A DNA stretch of 64,000 nt, from NCBI RefSeq assembly GCF_009914755.1, contig NC_060946.1. One strand, given 5' to 3'. Position 1 is the stretch's first letter; each line of letters starts with the position of its first letter. Under the pieces are notes generated by a model. It searched no databases. It saw nothing but the letters and a program-made list of their open reading frames with translations, and was not told the origin of the DNA. Position numbers and translations under genes: made by a program. Positions 1 through 14,269 of the stretch are shown here, piece after piece. This stretch comes from the human T2T-CHM13v2.0 reference genome, Homo sapiens.

Positions 1-3000
1 CACTAATGGAATGGAACGGAATGGAATGGAATAGAATGGAATGGAATGGAATGGAAATGAACGGAATGGAATCAACAAGAGTGGAATGGAATGGAACGGA
101 ATGGAATAAACCCGAGTGGAATGAAATGGAATGTAATGAAATGGGATGGAGTGGAATCAACCCGAGTGGAATGGAATGGAATGGAATGGAATGGAATGGA
201 ATGGAATGAAATGGAATGGATCGGAATGGAATCCAATGGAGTCAACTGGAATGGGATGGAATGGAATGGAAGGGAATGGAATGGAATAAATCCGGGTGGA
301 GTGGAATGGAATGTAATGGAGTGGAACGTAATGTAATTTAGTGGAATGGAATGGAATGGAATGGAGTGGAATGGAATGAAACTGATTGGATCGGAATGGA
401 ATCCAATAGAATCAACTGGAATGGAATGGAAAGGAATGGAATGGAATGGAATGGAATGGAATGGAATCAACCCGAATGGGATGGCATGGAATGGAATTGA
501 ATGGAATGGACTGGAATGGAATGGAATGGACTGGAATGGAATCAACCCAAGTGCAATGGAATGGAATGGAATGCAATGGAATCCACCAGAGTGGAATGGA
601 AAGGAATGGAATGGAATGGAAGGTAATGGAGTGGAATGGAACGGAATGGAGTGGAATGGAATAAACACCAGGGGAATGAAATGGATTGGAAGGAAATGGA
701 ATGGAATGGAATGGAATGTAATGGAATGGAATGAAATCAACATGAGTGGAATAGAACGGAATGGAATGAAATGGAAAGGAATGAATAGAATGGAATGGTG
801 TGGAATCAACACGAGAGCAATGGTATGGAATGGAATGGAATGGAATGGAATGGAATGGAATGGAATGGATTGCAATGAAAAGGATCGGAATGGAATCCAA
901 TGGAATAAACTGGAATGGAATGGAATGGAATGGAATGGAATGGAACGGAATGGAAAGGAATAAATCAGGGTGGAGTGGAATCGAATGTAATGGAGTGGAA
1001 TGTAATGGAATTTAGTGGAATGGAATGGAATGGAATGGATTGGAATGAAATGGATTGGATGTGAATGGAATACAATGGAATCAACTGGAATGGAATGGAA
1101 TGGAACGGAATGGAATAAATCCGGGTGGAGTGGAATGGAATGTAATGGAGTGGAATGGAATGGAACTTAGTGGAATTTAATGGAATGGAATGGAATGGAA
1201 TGGAATGGAATGGAATGGAATCAACCCGAATGGAATGGAATGGAATGGAATGGAAAGAAATGGAATGGAATGGAATGGAATGGAGTGGAATGGAATGGAA
1301 TGGTATGGAATCAACGCGAATGGGATGGCATGGAATGGAGTTGAATGGAATGGACTGGAATGGAATGGAATGGAATGGAATGGAATGGAATGGAATCAAC
1401 CCGAATGGGATGGCATGGAATGGAATTGAATGGAATGGACTGGAATGGAATGGAATGGACTGGAATGGAATCAACACAAGTGCAATGGAATGGAATGGAA
1501 TGCAATGGAATCCACCAGAGTGGAATGGAAAGGAATGGAATGGAATGGAAGGTAATGGAGTGGAATGGAACGGAATGGAGTGGAATGGAATAAACACCAG
1601 GGGAATGAAATGGATTGGAAGGAAATGGAATGGAATGGAATGGAATGTAATGGAATGGAATGAAATCAACATGAGTGGAATAGAACGGAATGGAATGAAA
1701 TGGAAAGGAATGAATAGAATGGAATGGTGTGGAATCAACACGAGAGCAATGGTATGGAATGGAATGAAATGGAATGGAATGGAATGGATTGGAATGAAAA
1801 GGATCGGAATGGAATCCAATGGAATAAACTGGAATGGAATGGAATGGAATGGAAAGGAATGGAATGGAATGGAAAGGAATAAATCAGGGTGGAGTGGAAT
1901 GGAATGTAATGGAGTGGAATGTAATGGAATTTAGTGGAATGGAATGGAATGGAATAGATTGGAATGAAATGGATTGGATGTGAATGGAATACAATGGAAT
2001 CAACTGGAATGGAATGGAATGGAACGGAATGGAATAAATCCGGGTGGAGTGGAATGGAATGTAATGGAGTGGAATGGAATGGAATTTAGTGGAATTTAAT
2101 GGAATGGAATGGAATGGAATGGAATGGAATGGAATGGAATGGAATCAACCCGAATGGAATGGAATGGAATGGAATGGAAAGAAATGGAATGGAATGGAAT
2201 GGAATGGAATGGAATGGTATGGAATCAACGCGAATGGGATGGCATGGAATGGAGTTGAATGGAATGGACTGGAATGGAATGGAATGGAATGGAATGTAAT
2301 GGAATCAACAGAAGTGCAATGGAATGGAATGGACTGCAATGGAATCCACCCGAGTGGATTGGAATGGAATGGAATGGAATGGAATCAACTGGAATGTGAT
2401 GACTTGGAATGGGATTGAATGGAATGGACTGGAATGGAACGGAATGGAATGGAATGGAATGGAATGGAATCAACCCGAATGGGATGGCATGGAATGGAAT
2501 TGAATGGAATGCAATGGAATGGAATGGAATGGAATGGAATGGAATGGAATGGAATGGAATGGAATAATCCCAAGTGTAATGGAATGGAATGGAATGCAAT
2601 GGAATCCACCCGAGTGGAATGGAATGGAATGGAATGGAATGGAATGGAGTGGAATGGAACGGAATTGAGTGGAATGGAATAAAAACCAGGGGAATGAAAT
2701 GGATTGGAATGAAATGGAATGGAATGGAATGGAATGGAATGGAATGGAATGGAATGAAATCAACCCGAGTGGAATGGAATGGAATGGAATGGAATGGAAA
2801 GGAATGAATGGAATGGAAAGGAACGGAATGGAATCAACACGAGTGGAATAGAATCGAATGTAATGCGGTGGGATGGAGTGGAATCAACCCGAGTGTAATG
2901 GAATGGAATGGAATGGAATGGAATTGAATGGAATGGAATGAAATGGAATGGATCGGAATGGAATCCAATGGAATCAACTGGAATGGAATGGAGTGGAATG

Positions 3001-3890
3001 GAATAAATCCTGGTGGAGTGGAATGGAATGTAATGGAGTGGAATGTAATGGAATATAGTGGAATGGAATGCAATGGAATGGAATGGAATGGAATGGAATG
3101 GACTGGAATGGAATGGAATGTATTGGAATGAAATGGATTGGATCGGAAAGGAATCCAATGGAATCAACTTGAATGGAATGGAATGGAATGAAATGGAATG
3201 GAATGGAATGGAATGGAATGGAATACAATGGAATGGAATAAATCCGGGTGGAGTGTAATGGAATGTAATGGAGTGGAATGGAATGGAATTTAGGGGAATG
3301 GAATGGAATGGAATGGCATGGAATGGAATGGAATCAAACTGAAATGGATGGCATGGAATGGAATTCAATGGAATGGAATGGAATTGAATGGAATGGAATC
3401 AACCCAAGTGAAATGGAATGGTATGGAATGCACTGGAATCCACCAGAGTGGAATGGAATGGAATGGAATGGAATTGAATGGAATGGAGTGGAATGGAACG
3501 GAATGGAGTAGAATGGATTAATCACCAGGGGTATGAAATGGATTGGAATGAAATGGAAAGGAAAGGAATGGAATGGAATGAAATCAACCCGAGTGGAATG
3601 GAACGGAATGGAATGGCATGGAAAGGAAGGAATGGAATGGAATGGAATGAAATGGAAAGCATCGGAATGGAATCCAATGGAATCAACTGGAATGGAATGG
3701 AATGGAATGGAATGGAATGGAATGGAATAAATCCGGGTGGTGTGGAATGGAATGTAATGAAGTGGAATGTAATGGAATTTAGTTTAATGGAATGGAATGG
3801 AATGGAATGGAATGGAATGGAATAGAATGAAATGGATTGGATCGGAATGGAATCCAGTGGAATCAACTGGATTGGAATGGAATGGAATGG
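1..3890 (+). repeat. Dispersed duplication, copy A (homologous to ~11090-14010)
   Basis: Shared rare markers: CACTAAT 1/11090, GACTTGG 2401/12606, TAATGCGGTG 2861/12961, GGAAAGCATCGG 3654/13754. Confidence 0.88.
468..2300 (+). repeat. Tandem duplication of ~0.92 kb (468-1396 and 1397-~2300)
   Basis: CGAGAGCAATGGTAT 812/1741, AAATCAGGGT 962/1881 and landmark 663/1592. Each marker occurs only once in the 11-14 kb copy (11921, 12071, 11772). Confidence 0.88.
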
Positions 3891-4249
3891 AATGGATTGG
3901 ATCGGTATGGAATGCAATGGTATCAACTGGAATGGAAGGGAATGGAATGGAATAAATCCGGGTGGAGTGGAATGGAATGTAATGGAGTGGAACGGAATGG
4001 AATTTATTGGAATGGAATGGAATGGAATGGAATGGAAAGGAATGGAATAGAATCAACACGAATGGAATGGAACGGAATGGAATGGAATGGAATGGACTGG
4101 AATCATCCCGAATGAGATGGCATGGAATGGAATGGAATGGAATGCAATGGAATGGAATGGAATGGAATGGAATCAACCCAAGTTTAATGGAATGGAATGG
4201 AATGCAATGGAATCCAACCGAGTGGAATGGAATGGAATGGAATGGCATG

Positions 4250-7200
4250 GAATGGAGTGGAATGGAACGGAATGGAGTGGAATGGAATAAACACCAGGGG
4301 AATGAAATGGATTGGAATGAAATGGAATGGAATGGAATGGAATGGAATGGAATGGAATGGAATGGAATCAATCCGAGCGGAATGGAACGGAATGGAACGG
4401 AATGGGAAGGAATCAATGGAATGGAATGCTGTGGAATCAACACGAGAGGAATGGAATGGAATGGAATGGAACGGAACGGAATGGCAAGGAATGGAATGGA
4501 ATGAACCCGAATGGAATTGAATGGATTGGAATGGAATGGAATGGAATCAACCCGAGCGGAAAGGAATGGAATGGAATGGAATGGAATCAACCCAAGTGCA
4601 ATGGAATGGAATGGAATGCAATGGAATCCACCCGAGTGGAATGGAATGGAATGGAATGGAATGGAATGGAATGGAATGGAATGGAACGGAATGGAGTGGA
4701 ATGGATTAAACACCAGGGTAATGAAATGGATTGGAATGAAATGGAATGGAAAGGAATGGAATGGAATGAAATCAACCCGACTGGAATGGAACGGAATGGA
4801 ATGGCATGGAAAGGAAACAATGGAAGGGAATGGTGTGGAATCAACAGGAGAGGAATGGAATGGAATGGAATGGAACGGAACGGAATGGAAAGGAATGGAA
4901 TGGAATGAACCCGAATGGAATGGAATGGATTGGAATGGAATGGAATGGAATCAAGCCGAGCGTAAAGGAATGGAATGGAATGGATTGGACTGGAATGTAA
5001 TGGAATGGAGTGGAATGGAATGGAATCAACACGAATGGAATGGAACGGAATGGAATGGGATGGGATGGAATGGAATGGAATGGAAGTTAATCAACACGAA
5101 TGGAATGGAACGGAATGGAATGGAATGGAATGGAATGGAATGGAATGGAATGAACCCGAAAGGAATGGAATGATTTGGAATGGAATGGAATGGAATCAAC
5201 CAGAGCGGAAAGGAATAGAATGGAATGGATTGGAATGGAATGCAATGGAATGGAATGGAATCAACACGAATGGAATGAAACGGAATGGAATGGGACGGGA
5301 TGGAATGGAATGGAATGGAAGTTAATCAACACGAATGGAATGGAATGGAATGAACCCGAATGGAATGGAATGGATTGGAATGGAATGGAAAGGAATCAAC
5401 CCGAGCGGAAAGGAATGGAATGGAATGGAGTGGAATGGAGTGGAATGTAATGTAATGGAATGGAATGGAATGGAATGGAATGGAATGGAATGGAATCAAC
5501 CCAAGTGCAATGGAATGGAATGGAATGCAATGGAATCCACCTGAGTGGAATGGAATGGAATGGAATGGAATGGAATGGATTGGAATGGAATGGAGTGGAA
5601 TGGAACGGAATGGAGTGGAATGGAATAAACACCAGGGGAATGAAATGGATTGGAATGAAAGGGAATGGAATGGAACGGAATGGAATGGAATGGAATGGAA
5701 TCAACCCGAGTGGAATGGAACGGAATGGAATGGAATGGGAAGGAATCAATGGAATGGAATTTTGTGGAATCAACACGAGAGGAATGGAATGGAATGGAAT
5801 GGAACGGTATGGAATGGGAAGGAATCTACGGAATGGAATTTTGTGGAATCAACACGAGAGGAATGGAATGGATTGGAATGGAACGGAACGGAATGGAAAG
5901 GAATGGAATGGAATAAACCCGAATGGAATGGAATGGATTGGAATGGAATGGAATGGAATCAACCCGAGTGGAAAGGAATGGAATGGAATGGAGTGGAATG
6001 GAATGGAATGGAATGGAATGGAATCAAGCCAAGTGCAATGGAATGGAATGGAATGCAATGGAATCCACCCGAGTGGAATGGAATGGAATGGAATGGAGTG
6101 GAATGGAACGCAATGGAGTGGAATGGATTAAACACCAGGGGAATGAAATGGATTGGAATGAAATGGAATGGAAAGGAATGGAATGGAATGAAATCAACCC
6201 GAGTGGAATGGAACGGAATGGAATGGCATGGAAAGGAATCAATGGAATGGAATGGTGTGGAATCAACAGCAGAGGAATGGAATGGAATGGAATGGAATGG
6301 AACGGAATGGAGAGGAATGGAATGGAATGAACCCGAATGGAATGGAATGGATTGGAATGGAATGGAAAGGAATCAACCCGAGCGGAAAGCAATGGTATGG
6401 AATGGAGTGGAATGGAGTGGAATGTAGTGTAATGGAATGGAATGAAATCAACCCAAGTGCAATGGAATGGAATGGAATGCAATGGAATCCACCTGAGTGG
6501 AATGGAATGGAATGGAATGGAATGGAATGGAGTGGAATGGAACGGAATGGAGTGGAATGGAATAAACACCAGGGGAATGAAATGGATTGGAATGGAATGG
6601 AATGGAATGGAATGGAATGGAATGGAATGGAATGGAATCAACCCGAGTGGAATGGAACGGAATGGAATGGAATGGGAAGGAATCAATGGAATGCAATGCT
6701 GTGGAATCAACACGAGAGGAATGGAATGGAATGGAATGGAACGGAACGGAATGGAAAGGAATGGAATGGAATGAACCCGAATGGAATGGAATGGATTGGA
6801 ATGGAATGTAATGGAATGGAATCAACCCGAGCGGAAAGGAATGGAATGGAATGGAGTGGAATGGAATGGAATGGAATGGAATGGAATCAACCCAAGTGCA
6901 ATGGAATGGAATGGAATGCAATGGAATCCACCCGAGTGGAATGGAATGGAATGGAATGGAATGGAATGGAATGGAATGGAGTGGAATGGAACGGAATGGA
7001 GTGGAATGGATTAAACACCAGGGGAATGAAATGGATTGGAATGAAATGGAATGGAAAGGAATGGAATGGAATGAAATCAACCCGACTGGAATGGAACGGA
7101 ATGGAATGGCATGGAAAGGAATCAATGGAATGGAATGGTGTGGAATCAACAGGAGAGGAATGGAATGGAATGGAATGGAACGGAACGGAATGGAAAGGAA

Positions 7201-8655
7201 TGGAATGGAATGAACCCGAATGGAATGGAATGGATTGGAATGGAATGGAATGGAATCAAGCCGAGCGTAAAGGAATGGAATGGAATGGATTGGAGTGGAA
7301 TGTAATGGAATGGAGTGGAATGGAATGGAATCAACACGAATGGAATGGAACGGAATGGAATGGGATGGGATGGAACGGAATGGAATGGAAGTTAATCAAC
7401 ACGAATGGAATGGAACGGAATGGAATGGAATGGAATGGAATGGAATGAACCCGAAAGGAATGGAATGATTTGGAATGGAATGGAATGGAATCAACCGGAG
7501 CGGAAAGGAATAGAATGGAATGGATTGGAATGGAATGCAATGGAATGGAATGGAATCAACACGAATGGAATGAAACGGAATGGAATGGGACGGGATGGAA
7601 TGGAATGGAATGGAAGTTAATCAACACGAATGGAATGGAATGGAATGGAATGGAATGGAATGGAATGGAATGAACCCGAATGGAATGGAATGGATTGGAA
7701 TGGAATGGAAAGGAATCAACCCGAGCGGAAAGGAATGGAATGGAATGGAGTGGAATGGAGTGGAATGTAATGTAATGTAATGTAATGGAATGGAATGGAA
7801 TCAACCCAAGTGCAACGGAATGGAATGGAATGCAATGGAATCCACCTGAGTGGAATGGAATGGAATGGAATGGAATGGAATGGAGTGGAATGGAACGGAA
7901 TGGAGTGGAATGGAATAAACACCAGGGGAATGAAATGGATTGGAATGAAATGGAATGAAATGGAACGGAATGGAATGGAATGGAATGGAATCAACCCGAG
8001 TGGAATGCAACGGAATGGAATGGAATGGGAAGGAATCAATGGAATGGAATTTTGTGGAATCAACACGAGAGGAATGGAATGGAATGGAATGGAACGGTAC
8101 GGAATGGGAAGGAATCTATGGAATGGAATTTTGTGGAATCAACACGAGAGGAATGGAATGGAATGGAATGGAACGGAACGGAATGGAAAGGAATGGAATG
8201 GAATAAACCCGAATGGAATGGAATGGATTGGAATGGAATGGAATGGAATCAACCCGAGCGGAAAGGAATGGAATGGAATGGAGTGGAATGGAATGGAATG
8301 GAATGGAATGGAATCAAGCCAAGTGCAATGGAATGGAATGGAATGCAATGGAATCCACCCGAGTGGAATGGAATGGAATGGAATGGAGTGGAATGGAACG
8401 GAATGGAGTGGAATGGATTAAACACCAGGGGAATGAAATGGATTGGAATGAAATGGAATGGAAAGGAATGGAATGGAATGAAATCAACCCGAGTGGAATG
8501 GAACGGAATGGAATGGCATGGAAAGGAATCAATGGAATGGAATGGTGTGGAATCAACAGCAGAGGAATGGAATGGAATGGAATGGAACGGAACGGAATGG
8601 AGAGGAATGGAATGGAATGAACCCGAATGGAATGGAATGGATTGGAATGGAATGG
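4250..8655 (+). repeat. Tandem duplication, period ~2.29-2.30 kb
   Basis: CAACCCGACTGG 4773/7078, CAAGCCGAGCGTAAAGG 4952/7257, CAACAGCAGAGG 6264/8554, landmarks 5627/7917 and 6130/8420. Confidence 0.88.
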
Positions 8656-11089
8656 AATGGAATCAAGCCGAGCGTAAAGGAATGGAATGGAATGGATTGG
8701 ACTGGAATGTAATGGAATGGAATGAAATGGAATGGAATCAACACGAATGGAATGGAACCGAATGGAATGGGATGGGATGGAATGGAATGGAATGGAAGTT
8801 AATCAACACGAATGGAATGGAACGGAATGGACTGGAATGGAATGGAATGAACCCGAATGGAATGGAATGGATTGGAATGGAATGGAATGTAATCAACCCG
8901 AGCGGAAAGGAATGGAATGGAATGGAGTGGAATGGAATGGAATGTAATGGAATGGAATGGGATACAAACAACACGAATGGAATGGAACGGAATGGAATGG
9001 AATGGGAGGGAATGGAATGGAATGGAAGTTAATCAACACGAATGGAATGGAAAGGAATGGAATGGAATGGAATGGAACGGAACGGAACGGAATGGAATGG
9101 ACTGGAATGGAATGGAATGGAATGAAATGGAAAGGAATGGAATGGAATGAACACGAGTGGAATGGAATGGAACGGAATGGAATCAACCCGAGTGGAATGA
9201 AATGGAATGTAATGCAATGGGACGGAGTGGAATCAACCCGAGTGGAATGGAATGGAACTGAATGAAATGGTATGGATCGGAATGGAATCCAATGGAATCA
9301 ACAAGAATGGAATGGAATGGAATGGAATGGAATAAATCCGGGTGGAGTGGAATGGAATGTAATGGAGTGGAATGGAATGGAATTTAGTGGAATGGAATGG
9401 AATGGAATGGAATGGAATCAACCCGAATGTAATGGAACGGAATGGAATGGAAAGGAAAGGAATGGAATGGAATGGAATGGAATAAATCCGGGTGGAGTGG
9501 AATGGAATGTAATGGAGTGGAATGGAATGTAATGTAATGGAATGGAATGGAATGGAATGGAATGGAATCAACCCGAGCAGAAAGGAATGGAATGGAATGG
9601 AGTGGAATGGAAAGAAATGGAATGGAATGGAATGCAATGGAATCAACACGAATGGAATGGAACGGAATGGAATGGGATGGGATGGAAAGAAATGGAATGG
9701 AAGTTAATCGACACGAAAGGAATGGAATGGAGTGGAATGGAGTGGAATGGAATGGAATGAACCCGAAGGGAATGGAATGGATTGGAATGGAGTGGAATGG
9801 AATGGAATGGAATGGAATGGAATCAACACGAATGGAATGGAACGGAATGGAATGGGATGGGTTGGAATGGAATGGAATGGAAGTTAAGCAACACGAATGG
9901 AATGGAACGGAATGGAATGGAATGGAATCGAATGGAATCGAATGGAATGAAATGGAAAGGAAGGAATGGAATCAATAGGAGTGGAATGGAATGGAACGGA
10001 ATGGAATCAACCCGAGTGGAATGATATGGAATGAAATGCAATGGGATGGAGTGGAATCAACCAGAGTGGAATGGAATTGAATGGAATGGAATGAAATGGA
10101 ATGGATCGGAATGGAATCCAATGGAATCAACTGGAATGGAATTGAATGGAATGGAAAGGAATGGAATGGAATGGAAGAAATCCGGGTGGAGTGGAATGGA
10201 ATGTAATGGAGTGGAATGTAATGGAATTTAGTGGAATGGAATGGAATGGAATGGAATGGAATCAACCCGATTGGAATGGAATGGAATGGAATGGAAAGGA
10301 ATGGAATGGAATGGAATGGAATGGAATGGAATGGTATGGAATTAACCCGAATGGGATGGCATGGAATGGAGTTGAATGGAATGGACTGGAATGGAATGGA
10401 ATGGAATGGAATGGAATCAACCCAAGTGCAATGGAATGGAATGGACTGCAATGGAATCCACCCGAGTGGAATGGAATGGAATGGAATGGAATCAACCGGA
10501 ATGGGATGGCATGGAATGGGATTGAATGGAATGGACTGGAATGGATTGGAATGGAATGGAATGGAATGGAATGGATTGGAATGGAATCAACCCAAGTGTA
10601 ATGGAGTGGAATGGAATGCAATGGAATACCCCCGAGTGGAATGGAATGGAGTGGAATGGAATGGAATGGAGTGGAATGGAACGGAATGGAGTGGAATGGA
10701 ATAAACCCCAGGGGAATGAAATGGATTGGAATGAAATGGAATGGAATGGAATGGAATGGAATGAAATAAACCCGAGTAGAATGGAACGGAATGGAATGGA
10801 ATGGAAAGGAATGAATGGAATGGAATGCTGTGGAATCAACGCGAGAGGAATGGTATGGAACGGAATGGAAAGGAACGGAATGGAAAGGAATGGAATGGAA
10901 TGAACCGGAATGGAATGGAATGGATTGGAATGTAATGGAATGGAATCAACCTGAGCGGAAAGGAATGGAATGGAATGGAGTGGAATGGAATGGAATGGAA
11001 TGGAATGGAATGGAATGGAATCAACACGAATGGAATGGAACGGAATGGAATGGGATGGCATGGAATGGAATGGAATGGAAGTTAATCAA

Positions 11090-14010
11090 CACTAATGGAA
11101 TGGAACGGAATGGAATGGAATGGAATGGAATGGAATGGAATGGAATGGAAATGAACGGAATGGAATCAACACGAGTGGAATGGAATGGAACGGAATGGAA
11201 TCAACCCGAGTGGAATGAAATGGAATGTAATGCAATGGGATGGAGTGGAATCAACCCGAGTGGAATGGAATGGAATGGAATGGAATGGAATGGAATGGAA
11301 TGAAATGGAATGGATCGGAATGGAATCCAATGGAGTCAACTGGAATGGAATGGAATGCAATGGAAGGGAATGGAATGGAATAAATCCGGGTGGAGTGGAA
11401 TGGAATGTAATGGAGTGGAACGTAATGTAATTTAGTGGAATGGAATGGAATGGAATGGAGTGGAATGGAATGAAACTGATTGGATCGGAATGGAATCCAA
11501 TAGAATCAACTGGAATGGAATGGAAAGGAATGGAATGGAATGGAATGGAATGGAATGGAATGGAATGGAATCAACCCGAATGGGATGGCATGGAATGGAA
11601 TTGAATGGAATGGACTGGAATGGAATGGAATGGACTGGAATGGAATCAACCCAAGTGCAATGGAATGGAATGGAATGCAATGGAATCCACCAGAGTGGAA
11701 TGGAAAGGAATGGAATGGAATGGAATGGAATGGAATGGAGTGGAATGGAACGGAATGGAGTGGAATGGAATAAACACCAGGGGAATGAAATGGATTGGAA
11801 GGAAATGGAATGGAATGGAATGGAATGCAATGGAATGGAATGAAATCAACATGAGTGGAATAGAACGGAATGGAATGAAATGGAAAGGAATGAATAGAAT
11901 GGAATGGTGTGGAATCAACACGAGAGCAATGGTATGGAATGGAATGGAATGGAATGGAATGGAATGGAATGGAATGGATTGGAAGGAAAAGGATCGGAAT
12001 GGAATCCAATGGAATAAACTGGAATGGAATGGAATGGAATGGAATGGAATGGAATGGAATGGAAAGGAATAAATCAGGGTGGAGTGGAATGGAATGTAAT
12101 GGAGTGGAATGTAATGGAATTTAGTGGAATGGAATGGAATGGAATGGATTGGAATGAAATGGATTGGATGTGAATGGAATACAATGGAATCAACTGGAAT
12201 GGAATGGAATGGAACGGAATGGAATAAATCCGGGTGGAGTGGAATGGAATGTAATGGAGTGGAATGGAATGGAATTTAGTGGAATTTAATGGAATGGAAT
12301 GGAATGGAATGGAATGGAATGGAATGGAATGGAATCAACCCGAATGGAATGGAATGAAATGGAATGGAAAGAAATGGAATGGAATGGAATGGAATGTAAT
12401 GGAATGGAATGGAATGGAATGGTATGGAATCAACGCGAATGGGATGGCATGGAATGGAGTTGAATGGAATGGACTGGAATGGAATGGAATGGAATGGAAT
12501 GGAATGGAATCAACAGAAGTGCAATGGAATGGAATGGACTGCAATGGAATCCACCCGAGTGGATTGGAATGGAATGCAATGGAATGGAATCAACTGGAAT
12601 GGGATGACTTGGAATGGGATTGAATGGAATGGACTGGAATGGAACGGAATGGAATGGAATGGAATGGAATGGAATCAACCCGAATGGGATGGCATGGAAT
12701 GGAATTGAATGGAATGCAATTGAATGGAATGGAATGGAATGGAATGGAATGGAATGGAGTGGAATGGAACGGAATTGAGTGGAATGGAATAAAAACCAGG
12801 GGAATGAAATGGATTGGAATGAAATGGAATGGAATGGAATGGAATGGAATGGAATGAAATCAACCCGAGTGGAATGGAATGGAATGGAATGGAATGGAAA
12901 GGAATGAATGGAATGGAAAGGAACGGAATGGAATCAACACGAGTGGAATAGAATCGAATGTAATGCGGTGGGATGGAGTGGAATCAACCCGAGTGTAATG
13001 GAATGGAATGGAATGGAATGGAATGGAATGGAATGGAATGGAATGAAATGGAATGGATCGGAATGGAATCCAATGGAATCAACTGGAATGGAATGGAGTG
13101 GAATGGAATAAATCCTGGTGGAGTGGAATGGAATGTAATGGAGTGGAAAGTAATGGAATATAGTGGAATGGAATGCAATGGAATGGAATGGAATGGAATG
13201 GATTGGAATGGAATGGAATGTATTGGAATGAAATGGATTGGATCGGAATGGAATCCAATGGAATCAACTTGAATGGAATGGAAAGGAATGAAATGGAATG
13301 GAATGGAATGGAATGGAATGGAATACAATGGAATGGAATAAATCCGGGTGGAGTGGAATGGAATGTAATGGAGTGGAATGGAATGGAATTTAGGGGAATG
13401 GAATGGAATGGAATGGCATGGAATGGAATGGAATCAAACCGAAATGGATGGCATGGAATGGAATTCAATGGAATGGAATGGAATTGAATGGAATGGAATC
13501 AACCCAAGTGAAATGGAATGGTATGGAATGCACTGGAATCCACCCGAGTGGAATGGAATGGAATGGAATGGAATTGAATGGAATGGAGTGGAATGGAACG
13601 GAATGGAGTAGAATGGATTAATCACCAGGGGAATGAAATGGATTGGAATGAAATGGAAAGGAAAGGAATGGAATGGAATGAAATCAACCCGAGTGGAATG
13701 GAACGGAATGGAATGGCATGGAAAGGAAGGAATGGAATGGAATGGAATGAAATGGAAAGCATCGGAATGGAATCCAATGGAATCAACTGGAATGGAATGG
13801 AATGGAATGGAATGGAATGGAATGGAATGGAATGGAATGGAATAAATCCGGGTGGTGTGGAATGGAATGTAATGAAGTGGAATGTAATGGAATTTAGTTT
13901 AATGGAATGGAATGGAATGGAATGGAATGGAATGGAATGGAATAGAATGAAATGGATTGGATCGGAATGGAATCCAGTGGAATCAACTGGATTGGAATGG
14001 AATGGAATGG
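11090..14010 (+). repeat. Dispersed duplication, copy B (homologous to 1-3890 without the 0.92 kb internal duplication)
   Basis: Same marker series as copy A. The offset falls from ~11.1 kb to 10.1-10.2 kb across the internal duplication of copy A. Confidence 0.88.
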
Positions 14011-14269
14011 AATGGAATGGAATAAACCCGGGTGGAGTGGAATGGAATGTAATGGAGTGGAATGGAATGGAATTTAGTGGAATGGAATGGAACGGAATGG
14101 AATGGAATCAACCCGAATGGAATGGAACGGAATGGAATGGAAAGGAATGGAATGGAATGGAATGGAATGGAATGGAAGGGAATGAAACCAAGTGTAATGG
14201 AATGGAATGGAATGCAATGGAATCCACCCGAGTGGAATGGAATGGAATGGAATGGAATGGAATGGAATG

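Noticed and set aside
5082-5100. GGAAGTTAATCAAC as a DUX4, HNF1 or homeodomain site
   Set aside because: Only a partial or half-site match (GTTAAT, TAATCA). It does not fit the full DUX4 or HNF1 consensus, so no regulatory call is supported.
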